A DNA stretch of 63,687 nucleotides from Cyanobacteria bacterium RYN_339. GTDB taxonomy: Bacteria; Cyanobacteriota; Sericytochromatia; S15B-MN24; JAQBPE01. Location of the stretch: assembly GCA_028287685.1 (NCBI GenBank), contig JAQBPE010000080.1:1-63687 (forward strand), read 5' to 3'. Below the pieces are notes generated by a model. That model made no database searches, had not been told where the DNA came from, and worked only from the letters and a program-made list of their open reading frames with translations. Positions 1 through 9,730 of the stretch are shown in pieces (positions within the stretch are counted from its first letter, which is position 1; every line of letters begins with the position of its first letter). Position numbers and translations under genes: made by a program.

Positions 1-1348
1 GCTGCTCGCCGTCGAAAACCGGGATCTGAGGCTCCAGCCCCAACGCCTGCGCCTCGCAGACGCGGTCGCGGCCGGAGTTCTTCGCACGGTAAAGGGCCTG
101 GTCGGCCCGTTGCAACAGCTTGGCGGGGGACTCGAGCGGGTCTTCCAGGCAGGCCACGCCGAAGCTGGCCGTCACGGTGCCGATGGACTCGCCGTCCAGC
201 GTGTTGATCTGCAGCGCGCGGATGGCCTCGCGCAAGCGCTCCGCCGTTCGGACGGCGCCCTCGGCATCCGTCTCGGGCAGCAGCGCCACGAACTCCTCGC
301 CACCGTAGCGGGCGGCCAGGTCGCTTTGCCTCAGCGTTTCGCGCAGCGCGTCCGCCACCAGGCGAAGCACCTGGTCTCCCGTCTGGTGCCCGTGCTCATC
401 GTTGACGCGCTTGAAGCGGTCCACGTCCACCAGGATCACGGAGAAGGCGCCCTGGTACCGGCGCGCGCGGTCGGCTTCCTCGCGCAGGCGCTGTTGGAAG
501 AAGGCATGGTTGTAGAGCCCGGTCAGGCCGTCGCGCAGCGCCTGCTGCTTCACGTCCTCCAGGTAACGCAAGTTCACGGCCGCCATGGCCACCTGCCCGC
601 ACAGCGAGCTCAGCAGCGGCGCGGCGTCGATCAGGCGGTCGATGCCGTCCGGCGGCCCGTTGAGCCAGACCTCGCCGACGGGCCGGCCATGGGCGATCAG
701 GGGGATGGTGGCCACGTATTCGCGGCCTTCCAGCTTCCAATGGTAGGTGCCGTCCCGCTCGGCCAGTGCCCGCAGCTCGTCACGGCATTCCGCCGCGAAG
801 GCCGGCGGCTCGTCGGAGCCCCAGTCCAGCAGCGCCAGCTGGCCCCTCGGTGCGCCGGCGGCCTCGAGCAGGGGCGGCAACACCTGGCGGCCCAGGTCGT
901 CCAAGCCGTTGCAGCGGTTCAGCCCCTCCAGCAGCTCGTTCACGAACGACAGCGTGTAGCTGCGGTCGATCAGGTCATGCAGCAGGGCTTCCTCGCCGTG
1001 CGGCCGACGCTGGGAAGCGAAGTAGCGCCGCACCGCGTCCTGGATCGGGCGGTCACCGGATTCCTTGGAGAGCGCGGCCACCGCGCCCGCCTTCAAGGCG
1101 CTCAGCCCGGCCGGCTTGCAGCTCTCGCCTTCCCAAACGACGATCAGCCCGGGGGCCCCCTTGGCCCGCCGGAGGTCGGAGAGCAGGTGGACGACGTCGC
1201 AGGGGTACTGCGACAGGTTCCACACCACCAGGTCCTTGCCGGACAGACCGGTTCGCTTGGTGCAAATCGAGACTCCGTGAGGCTTGCAGCCCATCGCCAT
1301 GGCGCCGGCGAAGGTGGAGTCGCGGTCGAAGAGTGCTATCTTGCCCAT
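1..1348 (-). CDS. Diguanylate cyclase with pseudo-receiver, GAF-like and GGEEF domains; 3' end lies outside the window
   Basis: Absent from the ORF track because it runs off the edge. Manual translation from ATG 1348: MGKIALFDRD...DLVVWNL...DGLTGLYNH...DVDRFKRVNDEHGHQTGD...RQSDLAARYGGEEF. RxxD I-site present. Confidence 0.9.
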   Translation of the reverse strand, partial: MGKIALFDRDSTFAGAMAMGCKPHGVSICTKRTGLSGKDLVVWNLSQYPCDVVHLLSDLRRAKGAPGLIVVWEGESCKPAGLSALKAGAVAALSKESGDRPIQDAVRRYFASQRRPHGEEALLHDLIDRSYTLSFVNELLEGLNRCNGLDDLGRQVLPPLLEAAGAPRGQLALLDWGSDEPPAFAAECRDELRALAERDGTYHWKLEGREYVATIPLIAHGRPVGEVWLNGPPDGIDRLIDAAPLLSSLCGQVAMAAVNLRYLEDVKQQALRDGLTGLYNHAFFQQRLREEADRARRYQGAFSVILVDVDRFKRVNDEHGHQTGDQVLRLVADALRETLRQSDLAARYGGEEFVALLPETDAEGAVRTAERLREAIRALQINTLDGESIGTVTASFGVACLEDPLESPAKLLQRADQALYRAKNSGRDRVCEAQALGLEPQIPVFDGEQ

Positions 1349-1363
1349 CTGGCCCGCCCTTCC

Positions 1364-2026
1364 TTAGGCTACCTCGCCGGGATGGCCGAGGATCGCCTCC
1401 AAGGCGCGCACGAGGTTGACCGCTTCCGGCCGGCGGCCGGTGCTCCAGAGGTCGTCGAAGCGGGTCTCGCCGGCCAACGGCACCGGCGCCATGTCGCGGA
1501 TCTGCGTCATCAGCCGGCGCAGCTCGACCAGCGAGCCCGCTTCGCGGCAGAACCACTTGCGCAGCACCAACCGGTTGCCGCCTTGCGGGCAGGTCTGGTA
1601 GTCGACCTGGTCCATCAGGCGGTAGAGCAGCACCAGGCCGAAGCCGGCCGGCTCGCCGAGCACGTGGCTGGCACGCGTCTGGTCCACGCGCTCCGTGGGC
1701 TTGTAGCTAGCGCCGTGGGGCCCGCGGTCCACCAGGATCACGCTCAACAGCGACAGCAGGCCGCCGTTGAGGGTTTCCAGCACGATCTTCATCTGCACGG
1801 GGTGCCCCGGCTCGCGGGCGCAGGAGTGCTGCATGATGTTCGTGAGCGCCTCGTCGATGATCACCTCCATGTCCTCGACGTCGGCGGTGTCATGCAGGTA
1901 GGCGTCCAGGAACTTGCGGGCACGGTGGCGGCAAGGGCCGATCCGCCCCAGGTCGCTGGTGAGGAACAGCTCCAGGCTGTGGGTTTCGGCGGCAGCTGGC
2001 GGGGAAAGCGTCAGGGTCGCGGTCAT
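1364..2026 (-). CDS. RsbW/SpoIIAB-like anti-sigma Ser/Thr kinase (HATPase_c_2) with C-terminal extension
   Basis: EALTNIMQH N-box, DRG, GFGLVLLYRLMDQVDY, GNRLVLRK motifs; adjacent to STAS gene. Confidence 0.85.
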   Translation of the reverse strand: MTATLTLSPPAAAETHSLELFLTSDLGRIGPCRHRARKFLDAYLHDTADVEDMEVIIDEALTNIMQHSCAREPGHPVQMKIVLETLNGGLLSLLSVILVDRGPHGASYKPTERVDQTRASHVLGEPAGFGLVLLYRLMDQVDYQTCPQGGNRLVLRKWFCREAGSLVELRRLMTQIRDMAPVPLAGETRFDDLWSTGRRPEAVNLVRALEAILGHPGEVA

Positions 2027-2028
2027 GA

Positions 2029-2379
2029 TCAGGCCCCTTTCACGGCGAGTTCGGTGCCGGCGCAGGCCACGTCCTCGTCAAGGAAGTTGAAGTACGATTC
2101 CAGCCCGCAGTACTGGAAGATCCGGCGCAGCCGGGCCGTGGCGTTCGTGAAGACGAAGCGCTTGCCTTCGGGCGCGAGAAGCTTCTCCAGGCGGATGAAC
2201 GAGCGGATGCCGGTGCTGTTCAGGTACGACAGCTGGCCGAGGTCCACCGTGAGCTCGCCCTTGCAGAGCGGGATGATTTGTTCGAGCTGGGTGTCCAGCT
2301 CCTGGGCGGCGCAAGAGTCCAGATCCCCGATCAGGGCCACGGTGAGGCGCTCCGGAGACTCGAAGATTTCGATTTTCAC
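2029..2379 (-). CDS. STAS anti-sigma-factor antagonist (RsbV/SpoIIAA-like)
   Basis: LIGDLD and DLGQLSYLNSTG with conserved phospho-acceptor Ser; 116 aa. Confidence 0.9.
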   Translation of the reverse strand: MKIEIFESPERLTVALIGDLDSCAAQELDTQLEQIIPLCKGELTVDLGQLSYLNSTGIRSFIRLEKLLAPEGKRFVFTNATARLRRIFQYCGLESYFNFLDEDVACAGTELAVKGA

Positions 2380-2384
2380 GGGTC

Positions 2385-4154
2385 TTACTCCTTCCCAACG
2401 AGGGGGCCGACGGCGTCGACCTCCGCGAGCAACAGCGTCATGTCGTCCCAGGGTGAGGCCACGTCCACGTGCTCGCGGATCGCCCCCATCAGGCTCGCCA
2501 AGGCGTCCTCGATGGGCAGCGTGCCGGAGGCCAGGAGGCGCTCCTTGAACCGGTCTTCTCCGAATTCCTCGTCCGTGGGGCTGAGCGCCTCGATCACGCC
2601 ATCCGTGAAGAGGGCGATGCGGTCGCCCGCGCTCAGCTGGATCTGGTGGCTTTCGAGGGCGGTTTCGAAGTGCTTGGGGTCCAACCCCAACGGCAGGCCC
2701 CGACCCGCCAGGTCATGCATGCCGGTGCCGGTGACCCACACGCCCAGGTTTTGGCCCGCGGAGGCGTAGGTGAAGGTCCCGCTGGCCGCGTCGTAGACGC
2801 CCAGGAAGCAGGTGATGAAGCTACCGTCCTTGATGTCGTCGTGGATGCGCGAATTGACCTCGACCAGCACCTCGCGGGGTGTTTGGCCATAACGCAGTGC
2901 CATGCGCAGGGCGGTCCGGACCACGGCCATGTAAAGGGAGGCCGCGATGCCCTTGCCGGAGACATCCCCCAGCGTGATGGCAACTTGGCCATTGGCCAGC
3001 GGGATGATGTCGAAGTAGTCGCCGCCCACTTCCTGGGCGGCCTCGCAGGCGCCGACCACCTTGAGGCCGCCCACCTGGGGCACCTGCTTGGGGAAGAAGC
3101 TCTGCTGGATGGTGTGGGCGATGGCAAGCTCCGCCTCGATCAGGCGCTTCTGGTGCACCTGCACGAACTGGCGGGCGTTGTGGATGGCGAGCGCGGCATG
3201 GTTGCCCATGGCCTGCATCATCGCGAGATCGGAGTCGCGGAAGTTCCTCACGGACAGGCGCGAGCTGACGTAGAGCACGCCCAGCAGCTGGTTCTGGACG
3301 GCCAGGGGCACACACATGATGCTGGAGTCGCCGCTGCCCTCGCCGTCCGTAACGCAAAGGGCCTCGCCGGTTTCCACCACGGTGTCGACCACATGCCGTA
3401 AGTAGGTGGGCTCGACGGCCTCCGGGCCGCGGGCGGCCAAGATCACGAGGTCACGGTCTTGGGTGCCGAGCGCCAGCGCGACCTCGCCGCTGGTCAGGCG
3501 CAAGACCTGGTCCAACAAGTGTGCCAGGATGCGTTCCGCGTCCAGGCTGGACGACACGAGCAGGCTGGTGCGGTTCAGCGTCTGGAGCATCTCGTTGCGC
3601 TCGTTGGCTTGCTCGATCATGCGGGCGTTGCTCATGGCCACCCGGCCGAACTGTGCCAGCGATTGAAGCATCCAGACCTGCCCCAGCCCGAACGTCGCGC
3701 CCGCCGCGGCGGGGCGGTCGGCGTAGAAGACCAGGAAGTCCGGCTCCGTTTCCAGGGGCATGCAGATGATGGCGCGCGAACCTTCCGGCTCGCCGGTCTC
3801 CGCGCTGGCATGGACCTGGACGTAGGCCTGGCCGCTCTCCAGGGAGAAGCGCACGAGCGACTCGCTGACGAAGGGCCCGGCTCCCCAGGTGATCAGGCCG
3901 TCCTGCCGGCCCAGCAGGGCTTGCGCGCCGTTCGGGCCGTGGCGGAGGATCGCGCCACGGTTCGCACCCAGGGCGTCCATGCCGTGGATCAGCAGGGTGC
4001 CCAGGATCTCCTCCTGCATGGTGCTGTCGGCCACGGCATCGGAGAAGCGCCGCAGCGCCTCCAGCTTGGTGATTTCGTCGCGTCCGTCGCCGTCGTACGG
4101 CACGGTCGCGGTCAAGGGGTCGAGGGACCTCGACGTGGGAGAACGGGGGGGCAT
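2385..4154 (-). CDS. GAF-GAF-SpoIIE (PP2C) phosphatase, RsbU/RsbP-like
   Basis: VGGDYFD, GDVSGKG, FTDGV, DDMT motifs; two GAF-like segments. Start moved to ATG 4154 behind a GGAGG RBS. Confidence 0.9.
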   Translation of the reverse strand: MPPRSPTSRSLDPLTATVPYDGDGRDEITKLEALRRFSDAVADSTMQEEILGTLLIHGMDALGANRGAILRHGPNGAQALLGRQDGLITWGAGPFVSESLVRFSLESGQAYVQVHASAETGEPEGSRAIICMPLETEPDFLVFYADRPAAAGATFGLGQVWMLQSLAQFGRVAMSNARMIEQANERNEMLQTLNRTSLLVSSSLDAERILAHLLDQVLRLTSGEVALALGTQDRDLVILAARGPEAVEPTYLRHVVDTVVETGEALCVTDGEGSGDSSIMCVPLAVQNQLLGVLYVSSRLSVRNFRDSDLAMMQAMGNHAALAIHNARQFVQVHQKRLIEAELAIAHTIQQSFFPKQVPQVGGLKVVGACEAAQEVGGDYFDIIPLANGQVAITLGDVSGKGIAASLYMAVVRTALRMALRYGQTPREVLVEVNSRIHDDIKDGSFITCFLGVYDAASGTFTYASAGQNLGVWVTGTGMHDLAGRGLPLGLDPKHFETALESHQIQLSAGDRIALFTDGVIEALSPTDEEFGEDRFKERLLASGTLPIEDALASLMGAIREHVDVASPWDDMTLLLAEVDAVGPLVGKE

Positions 4155-4156
4155 GT

Positions 4157-4840
4157 TTACCTCCGGCCGGCGGGGAGCGTGAATGTGAAGGTGGTCCCGG
4201 TCCCGCATTCCGACACGACGGAGAGCGTGCCCCCATGGGCTTCGATGAGGTGCCGGGCGATCACCAGGCCCAGGCCGGTCTCGGGCTCGTCCGGGTCCAG
4301 CAGGCGCGGCAAACGGTCCGGGGCGATGCCGGGGCCCGTGTCGCTGATGGCGAATGCCACTTCGCCGGCTCCTGGTGAGGCGCCGAGCACGATGCTGCCG
4401 CCGGGTGGGGTGGCCTTCAACGCGTTGGTGATCAAGTTGTCGAAGATCTGGCCGAGCCGGCGCGGGTCGGCGATCACATCCGGCAGCTTGGGGGCCGCGC
4501 GGAAGGAGAGGTCGACGCCCCGCGCGGCGGCGATCGCCTCGAAGGCCTCGGACTGGCGGGAGAGCAAGAAGGCGGGGGTGAGTGCCTCGCGGGCCAGCGT
4601 CAGGTAGCCGTTCTGCAGGCGGGCGTAGTCCAGCGCGTTGCGGATCAGCAACTCGATGTCCTCGGACCGGCCGCGGATTTGCTCGAGGTAGAGTTTTTGT
4701 CGGGTGGTGAGCTCGCCGGCGGTGCCGTCTTCCAGGAGCTCCGAGAAGCCGGCGATGATCGTCAGCGGTGTGCGGATTTCATGGACGATGGCGCGGTACA
4801 TGAGGTCCCGCGACAGCGGGGGGAGCGGGGTGGTGGTCAT
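4157..4840 (-). CDS. Sensorless histidine kinase (HisKA + HATPase_c)
   Basis: HEIRTPLT H-box, NLITNA N-box, DTGPGI, GLGL; only about 20 aa precede the H-box. Confidence 0.85.
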   Translation of the reverse strand: MTTTPLPPLSRDLMYRAIVHEIRTPLTIIAGFSELLEDGTAGELTTRQKLYLEQIRGRSEDIELLIRNALDYARLQNGYLTLAREALTPAFLLSRQSEAFEAIAAARGVDLSFRAAPKLPDVIADPRRLGQIFDNLITNALKATPPGGSIVLGASPGAGEVAFAISDTGPGIAPDRLPRLLDPDEPETGLGLVIARHLIEAHGGTLSVVSECGTGTTFTFTLPAGRR

Positions 4841-4844
4841 CGGC

Positions 4845-5675
4845 TCACGCCAGCGTCTGCGTGGTCCAGGCCGAGACCTCGCGGGCCGGTTGCGGCGTGC
4901 CGAACGCCGAGTTGATGCCGTCCCACAACGCCACGCGCGCACGCAGGGCGGCCTGGATGGCCTGGTCGGCTTCGCGCAGCTTGGTCGGGTCGTCCTTGCA
5001 GAGGACCTCCAGCATGCTCATCGCCATGGGCGTGTGGTGCTCTTCGTCCAGCTGGATGTGGCGTTCGAGGTAGTCGATCAGGAGCGCGAGCTGGCCCGGG
5101 AACTTGGCGTTCAGATCCGCCACCAGGCTGCGGAACATGTCCGGGATCAGGTCTTCACGTCCCAGCGTGAAGGCGCCGGCGACGCCATGGGTCTTGCCGG
5201 CGTGGATCGTCTCGAAGGTGGTGGCGACGAACGCGCGGGCGGCGGCAGGGGCGCCGGCGCGCAGCAGGGCGTCCTGAACGGGCACGCCCTGGTCCAGCAG
5301 GCAGATGAAGGTGTCGATCGGCAGGGTGTTGGCCCCGCACTGCGCCATCGCGGCGCGGTAGAGCTCGAAGTGGCTCAGGTAGGACCCCTGCGTGTGGGGG
5401 CTCTCGATGTCGGTCTCCTCGCCCAACACGATCTCGTTGATCAGGCGCCGGCTGAGCGCATCGCCCACGGGCCGCCAGGGCAGCGTGACGCACGTGAGGT
5501 CGCGTTGCAGTGCCTTCAGGAGGCTCATGAAATCCCAGACCGCGAAGACGTGGTGCTCCATGAAGATCCTGAGGTGCTCGATGGATTTGATCGCTGCATA
5601 GACCGGGTGCCGGACGAGCCTGTCGCGGATCGGCTCGATCGAGGCCTTGAGGTCCATGCAGTTCGTGAGGGTCAT
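4845..5675 (-). CDS. DUF3050 family protein (heme-oxygenase-like diiron fold)
   Basis: FMEHHVFAVWDFMSLLKALQ, RLINEIVLGEETD, SHFELY, GREDLIPDMF, YLERHIQLDEEHH. The long N-terminal part of the ORF-track call overlaps the upstream gene and was discarded. Confidence 0.85.
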   Translation of the reverse strand: MTLTNCMDLKASIEPIRDRLVRHPVYAAIKSIEHLRIFMEHHVFAVWDFMSLLKALQRDLTCVTLPWRPVGDALSRRLINEIVLGEETDIESPHTQGSYLSHFELYRAAMAQCGANTLPIDTFICLLDQGVPVQDALLRAGAPAAARAFVATTFETIHAGKTHGVAGAFTLGREDLIPDMFRSLVADLNAKFPGQLALLIDYLERHIQLDEEHHTPMAMSMLEVLCKDDPTKLREADQAIQAALRARVALWDGINSAFGTPQPAREVSAWTTQTLA

Positions 5676-5773
5676 CGTCGGTTCTCCCATTTCAACCTCC
5701 GTGTCTTGGCGTGCGCATGCCGCCCCCGGCCTGAGCCGCGGGGTCGGTGTCCTTGATGAATGCCCGGGGGGCG

Positions 5774-6193
5774 TTAGAGCCCGATCGGCTCGCGGGAGGA
5801 GACCTGGGTGTAAGCCAGGTACAGGATGTCTTCTTCCTTGCGGATGCGGGTCTTCAAGATCGTGTACAGCTTGCCGAAGTCGCGGGCCAGGTCGAGGCCC
5901 GTGCTTCCCTGCGAGTACTTGTCGAAGAACCCCATCGCCAGGCTGGAAACGATTTCCATGTCCTTGGCGAAGATGTCGATCGTACGCTTGAGGTTGACGT
6001 CCATCTCCCCGGCCCGCTTCAACATGGGGTACAGCTCGTCGTCTTCGCGGCGCAGGTGGGCAATCAGGTGGGCCTTCACGGAGAACAGCTTCTGCTTGCC
6101 GTCGACCGACGCGATGCCGGACTCCTTCACATGCTCCAAGGCGGAGACGATGCCGACGTGGTCCTCGGTCAGGCGTTCGATGAGGTGGGACAT
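5774..6193 (-). CDS. Hemerythrin/HHE-like cation-binding protein
   Basis: LTEDH...AHLRREDDELYP...RIRKEEDILY repeated helical-bundle motif. Confidence 0.75.
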   Translation of the reverse strand: MSHLIERLTEDHVGIVSALEHVKESGIASVDGKQKLFSVKAHLIAHLRREDDELYPMLKRAGEMDVNLKRTIDIFAKDMEIVSSLAMGFFDKYSQGSTGLDLARDFGKLYTILKTRIRKEEDILYLAYTQVSSREPIGL

Positions 6194-6255
6194 GGCAGCC
6201 TCCCCTTCGCACTTGGCGAATGTGAATAAACTTTATGAAGATATTTAGCGAACAC

Positions 6256-6284
6256 ATCATCACGACTAATCGTGATTATGTCAA
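6256..6284 (-). promoter_or_regulatory. sigma70-like promoter with a palindromic operator overlapping its spacer
   Basis: TTGACA-17 nt-GATGAT on the minus strand; perfect inverted repeat ATCACGA-ctaa-TCGTGAT at 6259-6276. Confidence 0.55.
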
Positions 6285-6315
6285 TGCGCTTTTTCTATTC
6301 TTCGCTTGAACGGCG

Positions 6316-8187
6316 CTAACTGCGCGTCAGAGCCCGTTCGCGGAGAGCCAGGTGGACCATCAGCAAGGACACGTCTGCCGGCGTGACCCCCCCGACGCGG
6401 CCAGCCTGGCCAACGGACCGCGGGCGCACCCGCGTCAGCTTGTCCTGGGCCTCGCGGCTCAGCCCCACCAGCGCCATGTAGTCCAGGTCTTCCGGGATGA
6501 CATGGTCTTCCTGCCGGAGGGTGCGCTCGATCTGCGCTTGCTGGCGCTTGATGTAGCCTTCGTACTTCGTTTCGATCGCGAGCTGCTCCGCCACCAGCGG
6601 ATCCACCTCGGCGGGATCGCGCCCGACGGCGCGCATCAGCTGGGCCATGGCCAGCTCCGGCCGGCGCAACAGCTCCTCCAGCGTCTGGCTGCGGTCAACG
6701 GCCTCGCCGGCTTCCGCCAGCAAGGCGGCAGCCTGGGCCGAGCCGGGGTTGATGCGGTGGGCCCGTAGCCAGGCCCGCTCGCGGGCGATCGCCTCGAGCT
6801 TGCGGCCGAACCGCTCGAACCGCTCGCTCGGCACGAGGCCCAGGGCAAAGCCCAGCGGCGTGAGGCGTTGATCGGCGTTGTCCTGGCGCAGGGTCAGGCG
6901 GTACTCCGAGCGCGAGGTCAGCATGCGGTAGGGATCCCGAATGTCCTTGGTGACAAGATCATCAACCAAGGTGCCGATGTAGCTTTCTTGCCGCGGGAAG
7001 ACCACCGGCGCCTGGCCCAGCGCATAGCGGGCGGCGTTGATGCCGGCAACGATGCCCTGGGCAGCGGCCTCTTCGTAGCCGGAGGTGCCGTTGATCTGTC
7101 CGGCGGTGAACAGGCCGGGCACGGCCTTGGCCATCAAGGTCGGGGTGAGTTGCGTGGCGGGCAGGCAGTCGTACTCCACGGCATAGCCGTAGCGGAGGAT
7201 CTTCGCGGCCTCCAGGCCGGGGATGGTCTTGAGGAAGGCCTCCTGGACGTCTTCCGGCATGCTGGTGGACAGGCCCTGGATGTACATCACGTCCTGGTCA
7301 AGGCCTTCCGGCTCGACGAAGATCGGGTGCGAGTCCTTGTCCTTGAACCGCACGACCTTGTCCTCGATCGACGGGCAGTAGCGCGGCCCGACGCCCTCGA
7401 TCTGCCCGCCGTAGATGGGCGAGCGGTCGAGGTTGGCCAGGATGATGGCGTGGGTCGCCGGGGTGGTGCGTGTCTGCCAGCAGCTCAGCTGGGGCAGGCG
7501 GGCGGCGGGCTCCAACAGGGAGAAGTGCGGCGCGTCCAGGTCGCCGCGTTCCTCTTCCATGCACGAGTAGTCGATCGAGGCGGCGTCGACGCGAGGCGGC
7601 GTGCCGGTCTTGAGCCGGTGCAGCTCGAAGCCCAGCGCGCGCAGGCTGTCGGAGAGCTTCTCGGCGGAGGGCTCGCCGGCGCGGCCGGCGGCGACCTGGG
7701 TCTGGCCGGTGTGGCACTTGCCCTTGAGGTAGGTCCCCGTGGTGATGACCACGGTCTTGGCTTCGTAGCGCTCGCCGGCGGCCGTGATCAGGACCAGGCC
7801 GCTCGGTCCGCGCTCCAGCACGTCGACCATGCCTTCGCGCAGCGTCAGGTTGGGTTGCTCCTCGCACACGCGTCGCATAAACGCGGCGTACTTCGCCTTG
7901 TCCGACTGCGCCCGCAGGGCTTGCACCGCAGGACCCTTGGAGCCGTTCAGCACGCGGATCTGCAAATAGGTGGCGTCGGTGGTGACGCCCATCTGGCCGC
8001 CCAGGGCGTCCACCTCGCGCACCAGGTGGCCCTTGGCCGGGCCGCCGATGGCCGGGTTGCACGGCATCGTGGCGATCTTGTCGAGCGCCAGCGTCAGCAT
8101 CAGCGTCCGCGCACCCAGGCGCGCCGCGGCAAGGCCGGCTTCCACGCCCGCATGTCCAGCGCCTATCACGATCACGTCCCAGGTCAT
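6316..8187 (-). CDS. mnmG: tRNA uridine-5-carboxymethylaminomethyl modification enzyme MnmG (GidA)
   Basis: [56 protein letters not shown]. Start may be 8187 or 8193. Confidence 0.97.
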   Translation of the reverse strand: MTWDVIVIGAGHAGVEAGLAAARLGARTLMLTLALDKIATMPCNPAIGGPAKGHLVREVDALGGQMGVTTDATYLQIRVLNGSKGPAVQALRAQSDKAKYAAFMRRVCEEQPNLTLREGMVDVLERGPSGLVLITAAGERYEAKTVVITTGTYLKGKCHTGQTQVAAGRAGEPSAEKLSDSLRALGFELHRLKTGTPPRVDAASIDYSCMEEERGDLDAPHFSLLEPAARLPQLSCWQTRTTPATHAIILANLDRSPIYGGQIEGVGPRYCPSIEDKVVRFKDKDSHPIFVEPEGLDQDVMYIQGLSTSMPEDVQEAFLKTIPGLEAAKILRYGYAVEYDCLPATQLTPTLMAKAVPGLFTAGQINGTSGYEEAAAQGIVAGINAARYALGQAPVVFPRQESYIGTLVDDLVTKDIRDPYRMLTSRSEYRLTLRQDNADQRLTPLGFALGLVPSERFERFGRKLEAIARERAWLRAHRINPGSAQAAALLAEAGEAVDRSQTLEELLRRPELAMAQLMRAVGRDPAEVDPLVAEQLAIETKYEGYIKRQQAQIERTLRQEDHVIPEDLDYMALVGLSREAQDKLTRVRPRSVGQAGRVGGVTPADVSLLMVHLALRERALTRS

Positions 8188-8387
8188 GGTCATGATTCTA
8201 CCAGATCACCGGTCGATCCGCCGTTCAAGCGGGCTTCCAGGCCTCGAAGGTTAAATTTCAAAAAAAACCTGTCAAGGGGCTATCAATATTGCGAATGAAA
8301 CGTTAAGATGACTATAAGGTTGAATAAACTTCTCTTAAACTCTCTCACTTCCCTTGACTCCCCCGCCCCGAAAGGAGCTTCCCCTTC

Positions 8388-9716
8388 ATGAACCGCAAGC
8401 TTCAGTTGGCCCTGGCTGCCAGCGTTGTCGTATCCGCGCTCGCCGGCTGCTCGAAGACCGCCCTCGTGGCCGGCGTGAGCCAGCCCAGCGACTCCACCGC
8501 CGTCGTCGCCGGCAAGCCCATCGAAGGCAGCGCCGTCGTCCGCATGAAGCCGGGCCGCACCCGCCTGGGCGCCACCTTGGCCTCCGGCGCCAAGTCGAAG
8601 CTCGCTATCGACGCGTTGGACATCTACGAAGTCACGCTGCCGAAGGGCAAGACCGTTGCGGATCTGAAGAAGGAGCTGGGCGACAGCGCCATGTACGTGG
8701 AGGCGAACACGACCTTCACGATGGCCGACCCGGTCGACACCTTGACCGGCCAGGGCCTCGGCACCGACGCGCCTCCCGTGGTGCCCGTGCCCGGCTTCAA
8801 CGACCCCATGAGCGACAAGCAGTGGGGCATCGCCAACACCCACCAGGCCGAGGCCATCGCGGCCTCGAAGGGCGGCTCCGACAAGGTCACGATCGCGATC
8901 GTGGACACCGGCATCGACCTGGGTCACCCGGACCTGAAGGACAAGATCGTCAAGGGCTACAATGCCACCGGCGTCAGCGGCCTGTTCGGCTTCGGCAGCC
9001 CGGCCGACGACAACGGCCACGGCACCCACTGCGCCGGCATCGCCGCCGCCATCTCCAACAACGGCACCGGCATCGTCGGCATGGCCCCGAACTGCCGCAT
9101 CATGCCCGTCCGCGTGCTGGCCGGCATGGGCTCCGGCTCGCTGCTGTCCGTTGCCACCGGCATCACCTGGGCGGCCGATCACGGCGCCGACGTCATCAGC
9201 ATGAGCCTGGGCGGCGCCGGCACGATGGACGCCCTGGGCGACGCCGTGAAGTACGCGCTCTCCAAGAACTGCGTGATCGTTGCCGCGATGGGCAACTCCG
9301 GCCACGAGCAGAACCCGGTCTCGTTCCCCGCTTCCTACCCCGGCGTGATCGCCGTGGCGGCGAGCGACTGGGACGACAACCACGCGTTCTTCTCGAGCTA
9401 CAACAAGTACTGCTCCGTGGCCTCGCCGGGCTGCAAGATCTTCGCCTCGACCCCGACCTACCCGGTCTGGCTGACGAAGAACACCGGCGGCCACATCACC
9501 AACAACTACTCCTGGATGAGCGGCACCTCGATGGCGACCCCGCTGGTCGCCGGCCTCTGCGGCCTGATCCGTTCGCAGCACCCCGGCATGAAGCCGGCCG
9601 ACGTGAAGGCGCTGCTGGAGCGCACCGCGGACAAGGTGCCCGACATGGGCGGCGCCGACTGGACCGAGCGCCTCGGCCACGGTCGCATCAACGCCCTGAA
9701 GGCCGTCACGCTCTAA
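8388..9716 (+). CDS. Subtilisin-like S8 serine protease, lipoprotein
   Basis: Lipobox LAGC; catalytic triad motifs VDTG, HGTHCAG, GTSMATP. Confidence 0.93.
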   Translation: MNRKLQLALAASVVVSALAGCSKTALVAGVSQPSDSTAVVAGKPIEGSAVVRMKPGRTRLGATLASGAKSKLAIDALDIYEVTLPKGKTVADLKKELGDSAMYVEANTTFTMADPVDTLTGQGLGTDAPPVVPVPGFNDPMSDKQWGIANTHQAEAIAASKGGSDKVTIAIVDTGIDLGHPDLKDKIVKGYNATGVSGLFGFGSPADDNGHGTHCAGIAAAISNNGTGIVGMAPNCRIMPVRVLAGMGSGSLLSVATGITWAADHGADVISMSLGGAGTMDALGDAVKYALSKNCVIVAAMGNSGHEQNPVSFPASYPGVIAVAASDWDDNHAFFSSYNKYCSVASPGCKIFASTPTYPVWLTKNTGGHITNNYSWMSGTSMATPLVAGLCGLIRSQHPGMKPADVKALLERTADKVPDMGGADWTERLGHGRINALKAVTL

Positions 9717-9730
9717 GCTCCTCGAAATTG

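Noticed and set aside
110-2548. 812-aa plus-strand ORF and similar long ORFs (6868-8298, 23976-26567, 29465-31429, 53743-56019, 62006-63313)
   Set aside because: Antisense shadows of well-supported genes; stop codons are rare in high-GC DNA and the products carry no motifs.
4845-6263. 472-aa ORF suggesting an extended DUF3050 fusion
   Set aside because: The N-terminal extension overlaps the hemerythrin gene in another frame; an RBS supports a start at 5675.
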